Shown piece after piece: positions 13,206 through 28,142 of a DNA stretch of 64,000 nt. Location of the stretch: assembly GCF_009914755.1 (NCBI RefSeq), contig NC_060941.1; one strand, 5' to 3'. The stretch comes from the human T2T-CHM13v2.0 reference genome, Homo sapiens. The notes beneath the pieces are model-generated. The model was not told the origin of the DNA. It made no database searches and saw nothing but the letters and a program-made list of their open reading frames with translations. The translations under genes were made by a program, and so were the position numbers. Each line of letters starts with the position of its first letter. Position 1 is the stretch's first letter.

Positions 13206-15610
13206 AAAGATAATTCCAAAATCAGCTCCAAAACCAGTTTGGATCAGACAAAAGGAATGTAAGAATCGAGGAAGAAGGTACTTCTTGAATTAAAAAACCT
13301 TTGGTATACTGAAACTTTTTGATGGTTGCTTATGCCCAGAGCTTGTTACTGAAACTCCACTCAAAATCATTAATCTGGATTTCTATTGCAAATTTGCTAG
13401 GGTTGCTGCCCTCATTTTCCCAAGCTTTATTCCCAGGGCCCAAGCTTAGGTCCTATGCTGAGGAGCCACATCTGGACCTGGAAGTAGATAGTATGGGCCT
13501 TCACCTGTGGGCTGAGCTATGAGGGGATAGGGCCTGCATTAGGGGCCAGGAGTGGTTATCCAATGAAGGAAGTCCCTGAAAGTGGACACAGAGCAAACCA
13601 AAATCCAAGGGACCATACATGAGCGTGCTTGGGAGCCTCAGGGCAAAGCCAGGAGAGCCATTGAGGCAGGGCGGTGAGTGGAAATGGAGGGAGCTGTCAG
13701 CGACCCAGAACTGGCTGACATTTCCCAGGCTCTGAAGCTCTGGTCTGCCTCACTGCACACCAGGAAGTGTGTATCCCTCTGCATTGGTTTCTTCTCTTGA
13801 CACAGCACTCCTGCCTGTCGAGTTGCAGGATTCAGCCTTATCTCATCTTACTTTGGGCAAAACTGGAAGCCCTGGCTCCCGACACGCGCCAGCGTAGCCT
13901 TTGCCTATTTCTCTGACTTAATGTCATCTTTCTTCTTTACTCCTCTGTATTAGTGTACTCCTCTCTTTTAGTCCGTATCTCAGGTCTGCCCAGCCCTGGT
14001 ACACTTTGACATGGATTTGTTTTCTGGGAAGTTCTTTACTTTACAACCAGATGACTGTGTTGAAGAAGGACAAAAAGACATTCCTCTCTGATTTAGGCTA
14101 ACCTGCTGGTAGTAGATCTTATAAAACTATAGGCAAACAATTTAAAGCTACCTTTTAAAGTCTCCACATTTCTCCAGAAAATACAAATGCTTTCACATAC
14201 AACCCTGGAACATTTCTTTCTCGTAACATTTCCAATCATGCTTTTTTATTTTAATTAAACTCTGCCACTTATCAAAAAGAATTTATACCAGCTTCCTAAT
14301 CATTTTTGGAATACCTGTCTTCCTAATAAATGTCTAACCTGAGATACTTGCAGAAATATTATATTTTCTTCTCCACCTTTATTCTATTTAGAATAAGTCA
14401 AGAATAATATTTTAATTTAGTGTATTAAATTGTTTCTTGCCATATTCTGTTTTTTTTTTCAGCTGGCGCTAAATTAAGTCTGCAATTTGTGAAAACTTTT
14501 TTAAAATAGTAATTCAAAATTCACATATATTATAAAACTAACAAAGTTTTTTAAAAATTCGAAATCATGTGTTCAGTCTCACTTCAAAAGTGGCACATAG
14601 TAAATGCTCAAGAAATATTTGTTGAATTAATAAAATGAAGGAAATGAAAGTGTCAGGAGGTTAACCACTCAGCCACTAAATTGCTTTATGATTTGGGGTT
14701 AGTTGGGTAACTTTGAGCCTCTGTTATTTCTCTCACAATATCTTATAAGCACCAAGTGCCATAAATATTCAGGAAATGCCTTGAAAACATTAAGTTGCAA
14801 ATGTAAGTAATGTATTTTTTTGCAGAAGCAGAGAGACTAGTTTCTTCATGAGGGCTAATAGCTGGCCTCTGTGTGCCTCTTTTTCTTACTACATGTGAGA
14901 TTACCTTCGAATCTATATATCAGCCACAATGACAATCTTGGCATGAGGTTTTGCAGGAATGCCAAGTGACATGGGTCCAAGGGTCCTGGATCTCATGAGA
15001 AATGGCTGTTGAGGACAAAGAGATGCAATTCTGTTGACCACAGTGCTCTTCTTCTGATGTCAAAACTCCCGTTCCTGTTACTTCCACAAGATCACTGTTT
15101 GCTCATCCGGATCAAGGCAGCAAACATGCCCTGAGAGCAACCTGTGTCCACTTGAAAAAGATGGACAGCATCGTGCCTCACCTCTGTCTGTGAGTGGCAG
15201 ACTGGAAAGGAACCGACCTGAGGTCTTTTCTTTCATGCTGGGCTGCACACACCATTTCTGTGTTCCCTGTTATGGGCAAGCTGTGATGGAAGGCTGAAAA
15301 ACCTCACCACGGTGTGTTCAGTCATTCAACCATGCACAAACAATTAGCTACTGCATGATATGTGTCTTGCTCTTTAAAAAAAAAAAAATCCATTTCGTGT
15401 GGATTCAGATTCCACTTTCAATTTTCAGTCGTGATCTAGAAATCTGCACATATGACTATAATATTTAAAAGGTGAATATCAGAAAGAGAAAGCCTATTAG
15501 GTGCTAACTTTGAAGAGACGGTCCAAAGGGAAAAATAGGGGTGATGGTTTGGAGAGAAAAAAGTTATAGATAATGAGAAAAAGCTGAGAAGAGAGATCCC
15601 TTTTTCATGC

Positions 15611-16630
15611 TGTATCAGTTAGCTATGCTGCCTAACAAATCACCCCAAAACCCAGTGACTTAAAACAGTGAGCATTTATTATTTCTTGCTACTTTGCTCA
15701 TCAGCTGGGCTCACCTGCCAGTTTGTGCCAGGCTTACTTATGGAGGTCAGGTAAGGCCAGGTTTAGGCCATTGAGAGGCAGATGTAGGATGCCCTTACCC
15801 ATGTCTGTGGTTGGTTGGCTGTTCCTGAGGCAACAGACAGACTAGGCCATGTGTCTCCCAACACCCAGCAGGCTAACCCAGGCCTGTATATATGACTATG
15901 GATTTCCAAGTGAGTAGAAGCATACAAGGTCTTCGGAAGCCAGTGATTGGGTTCAGAACATGCTACCCCATAATATAGCACCTTGGAATTTGAGAAAACA
16001 GCAGAAGTAAGCAGGTCACTCTCACCTTCCTCTCAATGTTTCTCCCTTGAAGCTGACCTTCTCCTGAAGTAGATCATAAAACCTTCTTTCCAGAGGTGCC
16101 CTCCCTATACCTGGAGGAAAGAAACATTCTTATCCTTGAGGACACGGAGAAATCAAGAAGGATCTAAACAAACAGGCTTTGCTAAGTTTTCCCCAGTTTA
16201 TTACTATTAGGTCATACCCCCATTGTCCACTCATACTTCTGCACAACTGTTTACTCTTTATCAAAGCTAAACATAAAAATAGTTTTTTCTCTTTCTTTGA
16301 ATCTTCATTTCTGAAGTCTCCCATGTAATGTAAAACTTCATTAAATTGTTATGCTTTTCTCTTGATGATCTGTTTCTTGTTATAAGGCTTCTCAACCACA
16401 ATCCTAGCAATGGATGAGAAAATAAATCTTCTCTCCTACAATGGCCATGGTACAGTATCACCTCTGCTGCAAGCAATTGGCCAAAGCAAGTCATAAGGCG
16501 GGCCACATTCAAGGGGTAGGATATCAATTCTGTGTCCTCCTGGGAGGAGTTGTGTAGTCTCTTTGCATAGGATATGGATTCAGGGAGGGCTGGAAAATCA
16601 TCCCCTTGGCTGCAGTCAATATACTACGCT
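15611..16630 (-). mobile_element. old MLT1 LTR split by an ERV1 LTR
   Basis: TGTATCAGTTAGCTATGCTGCCTAACAAATCACCCCAAAAC. Resumes after 16440 with ATTGGCCAAAGCAAGTCATAAGGC..CACATTCAAGGG. Confidence 0.7.
15944..16440 (+). mobile_element. MER34/MER39-group ERV1 solo LTR
   Basis: GGGTTCAGAACATGCTACCCC..GAGAAAACAGCAGAAG.., ATTAAA signal, ending CTCCTACA. Confidence 0.7.
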
Positions 16631-17309
16631 TGCCTTTCATGAACTTGTGAAAGTCCTACATGAGTGTGGATGTGTTTTTGGTAGAGTGCACAAAGCTGGA
16701 GGTAAGGGTTCCTGTGTAATCCTTGGATTCCTGAAAGGCATGTGAAGCCGACTGTGGTAGAGGCCTCTGGAAAATCTCCCCATGTTAAAAAACCCATAAC
16801 CTTCTCTTCTCAATAATTAAGCCTAGTGCTCAAATGTCAGCCAACAGATATTTATTGAGCATCCAGCTATGTCTGGCACTGGGGGGGTGTAGGGATGAAC
16901 CTCAAGGACACAGTTCCTGACTTCAAGCTAACAGAGAAAGCAGACAGTAAATGATTCCATGTGTGTTAAGTAAAGCACAGGGGCTGCCACTTCTCCAGCA
17001 ATAACCCTTGGCATTTCTGTCTCAGATAGATGTACTTGCATTTTCGCACTGCATTTCCTTGCTGTTCGGGCCTCTGGGCCTCTCTACAGACTGGTTCCTT
17101 TGCTGGATGTGTTCTCTCTATACTGACAGCTTACATCTTATCTTCACCCCTCCTGCTGAGCTCCTACCCATCCCTCAGGCTCCAGCTTCGAAATCACTTC
17201 TTCTGGGAGGTCCTCCTTTTATCTGCTGTGAACTCCAGGATTCTCTGTCATCACAGTGTAAGTCTTATCTTGTCTCTCCCTGTAACCCTGCCTCTCTCTC
17301 CCAGGAGTC

Positions 17310-17857
17310 TGAGACTATGCCTCAGTGACATGAGAATCATTTAGAGCTGAAGACTTCTGGGAATCAACAGCTGCAGAAAGAAGCCTTTCTGAACACCCTT
17401 TATCTCCCTAAAAGCAAAGCCTCTCAAAAGAATTCAGTTGTCATAACTTCCCTCCCCAGGAGTTTCACAACCAGAGAAAAAGGACTCCTATCACTAGAGA
17501 TGAGAAGTCACGTCAGCTCCTGAATAAGAAATCACCTAAACCAACATTGTCATAAAACAACCAGAACTCTCATGTGTTCTAAGGGCCCGTTTATTTTTCC
17601 TAAAAGTCATGTGGACTCCCAGAAGTGCCCCTCTGCCCTTCTTCATCCCCTATTAAGATGCTATTTAAGCCCCACATTTCCAACCTATCTCTGACACATT
17701 TTTTGGCGAAACCCTGTGTGTGCCTGTGTAATTATATCTGGGATTCTTCCCCCTCTTGCTAAACTGTCTTTTGTCAGTTTAATTTGCAGTTTGTCAGTTT
17801 AATCCTTCAAAAACTGAACCTAAGAAGGTAGAGGATAAGTCTTTTTTGTCCCTGACA
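17310..17857 (+). mobile_element. MER34/MER39-group ERV1 LTR
   Basis: TTTAGAGCTGAAGAC..TGTCAGTTTAATTTGCAG..CTGAACCTAAGAAGGTAGAGG..CCCTGACA. Confidence 0.6.
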
Positions 17858-18094
17858 CTCTAAAACTGATGCAAGGGAGATTCTCTTTCTGTCCACTATA
17901 ATGTTTCCCAAACCTGCCACAGGGTCTAGAAAAGAGGAGGGCTCAGTAAACGGTGGATTGAATTCCTGGATTACAATAGCTACTTGACTGGCCTTTCTAA
18001 ATTTCAGTTCTTACTCTCTACAGAGAAAGGAAAGTGAGCATAGTTTTTTTTTTTTATTTTCTCCAAATGCTTTAAAATGACACATCCTCTAAGC

Positions 18095-18279
18095 CAAGAG
18101 TTGGCAAACTACAGACCCACATGCCAGATCCAGGCCACCACCTTTTTTGTAAATAAAGTTTTATTGGAACACAGCCCTGCCCATTCAATTATGTATCTTC
18201 TAGGGCTGCTATTGTGCTACAGAGGCCATATGGTCCGACCAGCCTGCAGTATTTGCTATTTGTCTTTTTGCAGAAAAAG
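18095..18279. mobile_element. MER58A
   Basis: GTTGGCAAACTAC..TTTTGTAAATAAAGTTTTATTGGAACACAGCC..CAGAAAAAG. The terminus is displaced by the following LTR. Confidence 0.8.
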
Positions 18280-18779
18280 TGTGAGCAGAGAGGAAGAGTG
18301 CCCAGGGACTACAGGAATTTAATCAACTTGAGCAATCAGACTGTTTTACATCCTCCCAGCTGACAGCCGGTTTTCCCCCAAATTCTGTGTGGAATGCAGC
18401 CACATCGTCTATTGAAACCAGCTCCTGACAGACCCCAACAACTTATACATGAACCTAAGTGAACTATCCTCAGTTCCATGCTAAATTCTCCACCGTGGGA
18501 GGGGCTACAGCTTCATTAGCATAACATGAGACCCGTGTTGCTGGCAGGATGACTCACTACATCTGCACAAATGGGGCCTGTCCTCTATATGCGATGATCC
18601 ACCCTTTCCTCTCTCACCCCCATAAAACCCTCCTGTCGCTTCCCTTGGGGAGACACCGCTTTGGAGAACACTTGTAGTGCTCTCCTTACTTGTGACAAGT
18701 AATAAAACTCCTATTGATTAAAATCTGCATTCTCATGTTACTCGCCAGGCAAATAAACCCTGTTTTTTCTCGGGTGACA
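18280..18779 (+). mobile_element. ERV solo LTR (subfamily uncertain) inserted in MER58A end
   Basis: About 500 bp with TGT..ACA ends, TATA-like CATAAAA and AATAAA near the 3' end. Confidence 0.6.
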
Positions 18780-19164
18780 AACCTTTACAGACTTCTGATC
18801 TAACTAGCTTCTATCTGAAGGGATCTTCACTCAGCAAACATTTCGTAAGTGACTATTCTGTTTCTCACACTGTTAGGCATTGAGAACACAACGATAAATG
18901 CAACCCTTGCCTGAAAAAATTGATATGCATGACATGCATGTGAGGAGCCAGAAAATTTCCAGATTTTGAAAAGTCCCTTTATAATATTTACAGACAAATT
19001 TTAAACTGGTAGTTATTAAATTCTCTGTCAGAGAGTTGGTAAATGGTGAAATGTCAAGAGAAACAAACCAAACAAAGGATGTTTATGCTTGAAAATGTGG
19101 AAAAAATAATGAAAGGCAGAACTGAGCTAATTCTAGGTTCTAAGGTTTTATTTTAAAGGGTACA

Positions 19165-19616
<452 letters not shown>

Positions 19617-19863
19617 TCAGGCAGGAAACCTAAATGAATAAGGCAGACAAGGTGTAGGGAAAGCAGTGTGCCTCTTGGCCATCTTTCATTCTCCCACTTT
19701 TTATGGAGACGTAAGTGTAGGAAGATAGTTCTCTACCAGAAGAAAAGGAAATTAATTGCAAGACAATGATAATGGAGAGTTATACATCCTCAGGGGTGGG
19801 GGGAACTGGAGCCCAGGAGAAATGGGGGCACATGCCCCTTCCAAAGAGGGTGGCTGCTCCTCA

Positions 19864-20357
<494 letters not shown>

Positions 20358-22213
20358 TTATTTACAATTATTTCAACAATAGAAGTTTTTTCAGAAGAAA
20401 TGGTAGCTACTCAGACATGGCAATCTCTGGTTTTTATTTACGCTGACGGGGGAAAGAGATTTGCTTTGAAGTGACTTGACTGGCTTGATTGGCAAAGCTG
20501 TAGAGACTGATAATGTTGTACTTGTTATCTTCACTCTGCAATTCTTCAGCCTGGGCCTTCATTTCAACAGGCACCGATACAGGTCCCAGCTGGATATCAG
20601 CTAATTATGTCCAAAGACATTAACTGATAATGGCTTTAAAGCCTTACATTTGCAAGAGTTATTTAAATTTTAAATAAGAACTCAAAGATGGAAATTCCAT
20701 CTTCTTTCTTACCAATCCTTTTACCAAGAACCAAAGCATTATTAAACAACAAAGCATGAAACAAATGAATTGAAGGCCCTCAATAGATCATAGATGACAT
20801 GGCACATTTTAGATTTCAAGTGGCATCAATTAATTAATTTAATAAAAATGAAGCTTTTCTTTAGTTCTGGAGGTTATTAGGAGTCTCTATTGATACTCTT
20901 TATGACATTCCAGCATCCTTAAGGAAATAAATCTAATTAATGGGAATAAATGAGAAATTTCAAGAGAAAAAGAAAGTGTGCGTTTTTTTCTTTTTCTTTT
21001 CCTTTTTTTTTTTTTTTTAGCTAGGAGCACTGGATCTGTTTACTGGAAAGATTCTATTTTAATGTTGGCCCCTCACACAGCTGAACTTGATTATGAAGAG
21101 AGAAATTGTTTGGTTCATTAGGCTTTAATTATAGAGATGAATTATTATGGATAAAAAGAGGAAGCCACAGAATTATGGAGATTGAATTCCAGTTCAATAA
21201 ACAACTTCAAATATCTTGACTGGAGACATAAACTAGTCATGTTCTTTTTTTCCCAGTTTAATTTGATGTCTGTTGACAAATGATATTGGAATGTCCCTGA
21301 AAAAAAAAACTTCATATTTACAGTGTGTTAGAAGTTATCATTTAAATTACACTTCCTTCTCTAATTATATTTTCTGATGGTGTACGAAGATAGATAGGTG
21401 TTGCTTCCACATGAATTTATTTTGTGTAATAATGACAAAATGTTGCATTTCTGTTTTGCCACTATTCATGTAATCAGATTGCATTTATAATAGCTCAAAA
21501 GCCCTCCATTGGAACCCCAATGTATAAAAAGACAAGCTAAAAACCCTGAGCTTGAGATTTAAGGACTTTCAGAATCACATCCAACTCAAATACTTAATAT
21601 TATCATTCCATATTTTGTTGTAAAGGTGCAAAGCTTTGACTGTAACAAGTGTTCTATTCACCATCTCACAAATAGTCCTTACATATTCCTGCTTCTGAGA
21701 TTTTAGGCACATCTCTTCCTAGTCTGAATTTGCCCTTTTAAATTCTACTTACCTAATGCCTAAATGTCAGGCCCAGTTAAAAATTATGCTTCCTTTGGCC
21801 TTCTGAGCATAGGACTCAGTGGATGTTGATACCACTCTCTGATTTTATAAAATACTTAATATCTATAACATTCTTCTTAAAGACTCATACATTCTTGATA
21901 GTCTTTTACTCTGAAGTCATTCAGTCAGATTTTCAGCTCCAGACACATAATTTCTTATTATTTTAACATAATAGTTCTATCAAAACATTGTTTAAAAAAG
22001 TAATACCTGTATGGCAATAGAAAATCTGAAAGTTGTCTATTTGATGGTATCAAAGAACTATTTTGAAATTCTTAAGTGTGATAGTATTACGGTGGTTATG
22101 TGGTTGGGTTTTTTTAAGAACTTTTTTTATAGTAATTATGCATAAAGTAATGTAATGTCTAGAATTTGCTTAAAATTAATATAGGAGCGAGGTAATTTAG
22201 GGTATAGACAATA

Positions 22214-22545
22214 TGTAGGGGAAGAAAAATATCTTTCTGCTATTCCTAGGTTTGTGGCTAAAGCCACTTGAATGAAAGACAGATTAACAAGAGAAAGCAT
22301 ACAAATGTATTTAATGTACATTTTATGTGACATGGGGGCCTTCATAAGGGAGCAAAGACCAGACAAACCTGAGCTAGGCTTGATGAAGAACGGAGAGTCG
22401 TGGAGGAATAAGATTCTCCGTGACAATAGGATCCAATGGTAATAAACTGAGGGGACTTAGTAGGGCCTGTTTGTTCAGATTTTTTCCGTGTCCCTGTGTG
22501 TTCAGAGAGAAAGATGCTCGTTTCCTCCAGGTATATGGAGGGCAC
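22214..22545 (-). mobile_element. MER34/MER39-group LTR, partial
   Basis: TGTAGGGGAAGAAAAA..CAGATTAACAAGAGAAAGCATAC..GGCCTGTTTGTTCAGAT, similar in reverse to 15944-16440. Confidence 0.65.
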
Positions 22546-22572
22546 CTCTCACATTTGACCAATCATCAGTGA

Positions 22573-22988
<416 letters not shown>

Positions 22989-23017
22989 TAATTTTTCACT
23001 ATATAAAAAGTTTTCAT

Positions 23018-23170
23018 TTTGGGAGGCCTAGATGGGTGGATCACTTGAGCCCGAGATTTTGAGACCAGCCTGGGCAACATGATGAAGCCTCATCTCTACC
23101 AAAAAAAAAATAAAAATAAAAATTAGCAGGGCATGGTGGCACATTCCTGTAGCCCCGTTACTGGGAAAAG
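23018..23170 (+). mobile_element. AluJ-like fragment truncated at both ends
   Basis: TTTGGGAGGCC..CACTTGAGCCC..CCAGCCTGGGCAACAT, A-rich linker, start of the right arm. Confidence 0.85.
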
Positions 23171-23765
23171 GTACTACTCTCAAAACGGAATAGCCACTTG
23201 GTCTTGGGTAAGTCGCTTCGCCTTTCTGAAGCTTCAGTTTCACTCTCTCAAGATGTTCCAGCGAATGCCCCAACCTCAGCCACTTTCAGCTGTAAAGTGC
23301 TGTGAATGTAGGCATTTAGGAATCAAAGATAGATTTTTTTGAAAATGAGAGAATATATAAACTCTCCAGCGTGATCACTTTAACACCAACAAAGTATAGT
23401 CCCTCTCGGGAGGGAGATAAAACACACATAAACTCAACAGGGCAGAAGGGGAAGAAACGTGGACTGATGGCCACAAGATAATGAAGCTTCCATTCCAGGG
23501 TTTGTTTTGAGAGCAGTGACTTGGTAAGAAAATGTTCACTCCTGAGATCTGTAAACCTTAAAAGCCCAGAGGGACTTGGAGTTTCAGCCTCAGTTCAGCC
23601 CGGACTGGGTTTACAAAGTCACTCTGGACACATGGTTGGTTTGAATCAGGGAATTGAAATAAATATTAAATCACAGAGTGTGAAAAGACCAAGGAAAATA
23701 GGTTAGGCAGGTGAAGGCCAATCCAACCAGAACCGGGTTGTATTTTACGGTAGGAGAGTGGTGGG

Positions 23766-23850
23766 TCTAAACATTCTGTAGTCTATTCCAGCATATTTTC
23801 ACTCAGTGGCCAAGATCTAAATATTCTGTAGTCTATTTCAGCATATTTTC
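23766..23850 (+). repeat. 35-bp direct repeat, 2 copies, 15-bp spacer
   Basis: TCTAAA(C/T)ATTCTGTAGTCTATT(C/T)CAGCATATTTTC at 23766-23800 and 23816-23850. Confidence 0.9.
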
Positions 23851-24490
23851 TTCTTGTGCAATTGAAATTTTTCCTTTCAACAGGGGTCCATGCTTCATTG
23901 CCGAGTCCTCTGCAGGCAGAGAGAATAAATAATGTTTCAGTTTCATGATCATCAAAAGCCCTTCAAATAGTTGAAGGCAGAGAACAAGTTATCTTGAGCC
24001 TTGCCATGGTTAACTAGCCTCTTCAAGAAAGGCAATTCACACAGATAAACTGGAGGGGGGAAAAAAAGCACTTAAAACTTCTCTGGATGATCAGAATGGA
24101 GGTATTTGCGTTTTACTGAGCACAAGTGTCAGACATCTGGGGGCAGTGATACTCTACTTGTTAGCCTGGTTGACTTTCATTGATCCCAAGCCTTGATTAC
24201 AACAGGCGGCTCCTTTGATATGTGAGTTATTACTGCAATGTGTTGCTGAAGCTGGATGTCATATACTAAGATTATGGGAAAACAAAGCAAAATAAAATCC
24301 ATTCTTTTAACTTTGAATATGTCAGCAACTAATAGGAGAAAAAACAACTCTAATTTGTTGAGTACTTGCAGTTGTGCCAAAGGCCTTTGAAAAACTGTTT
24401 GTATTATAATCACCTCAATAAAAAAGATATTTCCTTATATAACAAGTGAGGAAATGTAGAGTGACAGAGTTGGAATTTCAGAATAGATGA

Positions 24491-25163
<673 letters not shown>

Positions 25164-25174
25164 TAAGGTAAAGA

Positions 25175-25350
25175 AGCAGTTTAGTGGATAAGCATGCAGG
25201 CTCTAGAAGCCACCTGCCGGGGTTCAAGTCCCCTCTCTGCCACTTACTAGCCTTCTGGGACTCTGTTAACATGCCTCCAAAACAGGGTTACTACCAGTAC
25301 TTATCACATACAGTGGTGTTGGGAGAATAAGTGTAAAGTGTTTAAAAGAC
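25175..25350 (+). mobile_element. MIR
   Basis: AGTGGATAAGCATGCAGGCTCTAGAAGCC..GGGTTCAAGTCCC..CTGCCACTTACTAG. Confidence 0.75.
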
Positions 25351-26139
25351 TGTCATCTCCTCTCCTATGTCATTGCTATTATCAGTGGTTGGCCCATCTC
25401 ACTATGAGCCATCCAGAGCCCAGCCTCAGATGTCTTCTTCATGTGCTCTTTGAAGACAGAATTTCACTGCTGATATTCTTCTGCTTCCCTGGGTCTAACC
25501 TGTCGCCTCCCACTTCTCTGATCTTCACTGTTTTCCTATTTCCCCATTATAGTCTTCGCCTAAAACTTTGGTTCCAACAAGTTCAGGGGTTCATTATTCT
25601 ATTGTACCTACTTTTTGTCAGTTTAAAATTTTCCATTTAAAATAGCTAAAATTGTTTTAATAAAATAAAATAATAAAATGAGCCTAAACTGTCTCTTCTA
25701 TCTAATGCATGCACCATCTGGTTTCCAAAATGTTTACCAGTGGCTTCTGTCTCACATTTATTATTGTATGTTATTATTAATAAATCCATTATGAAACCTC
25801 ATTGTTTATCTGCGTGAATGCCTATTCACCTGGATTTACCATTTAAACATTCAGAATAACCCTTCTGGGGAATGTGTTGCTTTTTCTAACATTAACACAC
25901 AATCTTTAGTCTATGTCCCAAGAATGCAGACTGCTAAGTTTAAATGTATTTGCTATACATCACTGTTCCTGTCTTAGATAGTCAGGCATTTTTTGCCAAG
26001 GGTCTTATTATCTGCAAGGCTTTGATTGTTTATTGTGCTGTTATCTTGAGGAGTATTATCAGCCTCTCTTATCCTCTGGATGCCTTGGTAACATGCATAA
26101 TGAGAGTGATGGTGGACGCTTAAGGTTTAGAATAACACT

Positions 26140-26285
26140 TAACAACTCTTAGAACGGTATAATATTAAATCTATAGGAACCTTGGTGATCTTCTAGGCCA
26201 ACCCCTCATTTTGCAGATATGGAAACTGAGGCCCCAAAAGTGGCTGCACTTGCCTGAAGTCCCACAGCTATTGAACAACACAAAC
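26140..26285 (-). mobile_element. MIR
   Basis: CCCCTCATTTTGCAGATATGGAAACTGAGGCCC..CTTGCCTGAAGTCCCACAGCTA core. Confidence 0.75.
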
Positions 26286-26444
26286 TCTTTCTTACTCTCA
26301 GATGTCTTTCCTAGTCAATATCTCTGATGAAAGAGAATGTAGTGAGGGCAGAGTGGAGAGCAGAGTGAGGATCATGTGAGTGTGGGGGAATTGCTTTCAA
26401 AAAGTAAACGTTGCAACTGGCCTAGCTTCAACAAATTTCTTAGG

Positions 26445-26592
26445 TTGGTTCTCAAACCTTACAGTGCATCAGAATTACCTGGAGGGCTTATTAAAACACA
26501 GATTGCTGGGATCTTGCCCCGGAGTCTCTGATTCAGATAGCCATGGAGCCTGAGCATTTGCCTTTTTAACAAAGGGACTACCCTTTGAGAAA
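26445..26592. mobile_element. MER5A
   Basis: GGTTCTCAAAC..GCATCAGAATTACCTGGAGGGCTTATTAAAACACAGATTGCTGGG..TTTGAGAAAC. Confidence 0.8.
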
Positions 26593-27019
26593 CAGAGTCT
26601 TAGGTAAGTACAACAGAACTCACGTTCCTGACTCCCAATTATTATAATTGTTGTTGTTAATCATTATTGTTATTATTCTCAAGTCCAGTGCTCTTCCCAA
26701 CACATGGCTGTGCTTCCTTGCAAGGTAGTTTATATTGGCATCCGCACACTAGGTTTTCTCCCTCTTCTCCTTTTCACTGTTATCCTTCTTCCTCTGTCAT
26801 CACTGAAGCTCCTGTTATGTGTCTAATGATGAATAACACTCTGCTTGAGTAACACAGATGAGCTACCATGCTAGAGTGGTCACTCTATGTACTGAAGCAC
26901 TGTTAGTGGCTAGAATCTCAATTAAGTCATTTCAGCTCTGCAATGTGGTGGGAGAGGTAGGCAATCATTCGCATTTACAATCTTCAGGCAAGAGAAGCCA
27001 AGAGAACGCTTTCATATTC

Positions 27020-27395
27020 TTGATAAGTTATTTCTTCTGACTCACTCATAACTCCAATTGTGACTTGGTATCAAAGGAGTAATATTTGAATGGCTTATGC
27101 AGAGTTGTTAGAACACTGATCACAAGCCAGATACCAGATACCAGGACTGCTTTCCCTTGATAATAGCTTCTGAACCTCTTTCCCTTATAATAATGACTCA
27201 GGTCGAAATGCCTCATGCAACTGATACATATGTTGACTACATAGCATAAGAAATTCTATGCTGAAAATAAGAGGCATATTGCTATCCACATTATATATGG
27301 TAATGCACGTGGGATTGTGTTCCCACTAACAATGAATCACGCATTTCAATTTGAGTCAGTATTTTATGATGTCTGTCCATAGGAAATATGATAAC
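27020..27395. promoter_or_regulatory. candidate AP-1/GATA enhancer
   Basis: TGA(C/G)TCA at 27038, 27194 and 27352. TGATAA at 27021, 27158 and 27389. CACGTG at 27306. No obvious repeat. Motif evidence only. Confidence 0.35.
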
Positions 27396-27698
27396 ATGTT
27401 CCAGAAGTTGTGAAAGGACCTTTCTTTTATCCATTGCTACAAAAGTCATTGCAAAAACACATCCCAAGTAGATGAGAAAGGGACAGATTCAATCTCCTGG
27501 GGAAAAACATTGCTGCATTCAAACCCATTGATAAGAAAAACTTCAGTCTCTAAAGCCATAAATACTTAAGGATTCCTAATACCTGGATAATCTGGTTCTT
27601 CTACAGTGCCTTGACTTCTCTACTTTCCTTATTGAGGAATGGTTCAGTCTTGTTTGATTTTTATTTTTAATATATTGCTCCCATTACAATTTATAATT

Positions 27699-28043
27699 GT
27701 AACAAAGCATTACATTTATGGTGTTATGTTAAGAAGAAGAAGAAAAAAGACTATGTCTCTATGAATTGAGTAAAATAGTTGCTCTTGGGACCTGGATAAG
27801 TTATCAGCTCACAAACAGTTATACTAAACATTGTTCTAACTGGGATGTTAGTGTATTTGCCTGTATTTTAAGGTTGATATTCAGGAGGACAATCAGACAA
27901 CATATTCCTTTGTGTTGCTTTCAGAGAGAGGACAAGGTGGTGACTAGACCATGGAACATTTCAAACTGAAGACTGCATGAAATCTGATGGGCTGTGATCC
28001 AATTAACAGCAAAGCAATTCAACATAATTGACCCCCAAATAGT
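27699..28043 (+). repeat. 345-bp local duplication, copy 1
   Basis: Aligns without gaps to 34231-34575, with about 16 substitutions by manual count. Confidence 0.95.
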
Positions 28044-28142
28044 AAAGCCATTTCATTGATTCTATTTTCACTCAACTAAGTTGCACGTTACTAGGTCTTT
28101 GCAGTGGTTGCAGTGTACTTGAACAAATAAATGAGAACACAG
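27925..28142 (+). other. candidate non-coding exon (218 nt)
   Basis: Acceptor TTCCTTTGTGTTGCTTTCAG ends at 27924. Consensus donor CAG|GTAAGT at 28140-28148. No expression evidence. Confidence 0.25.
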
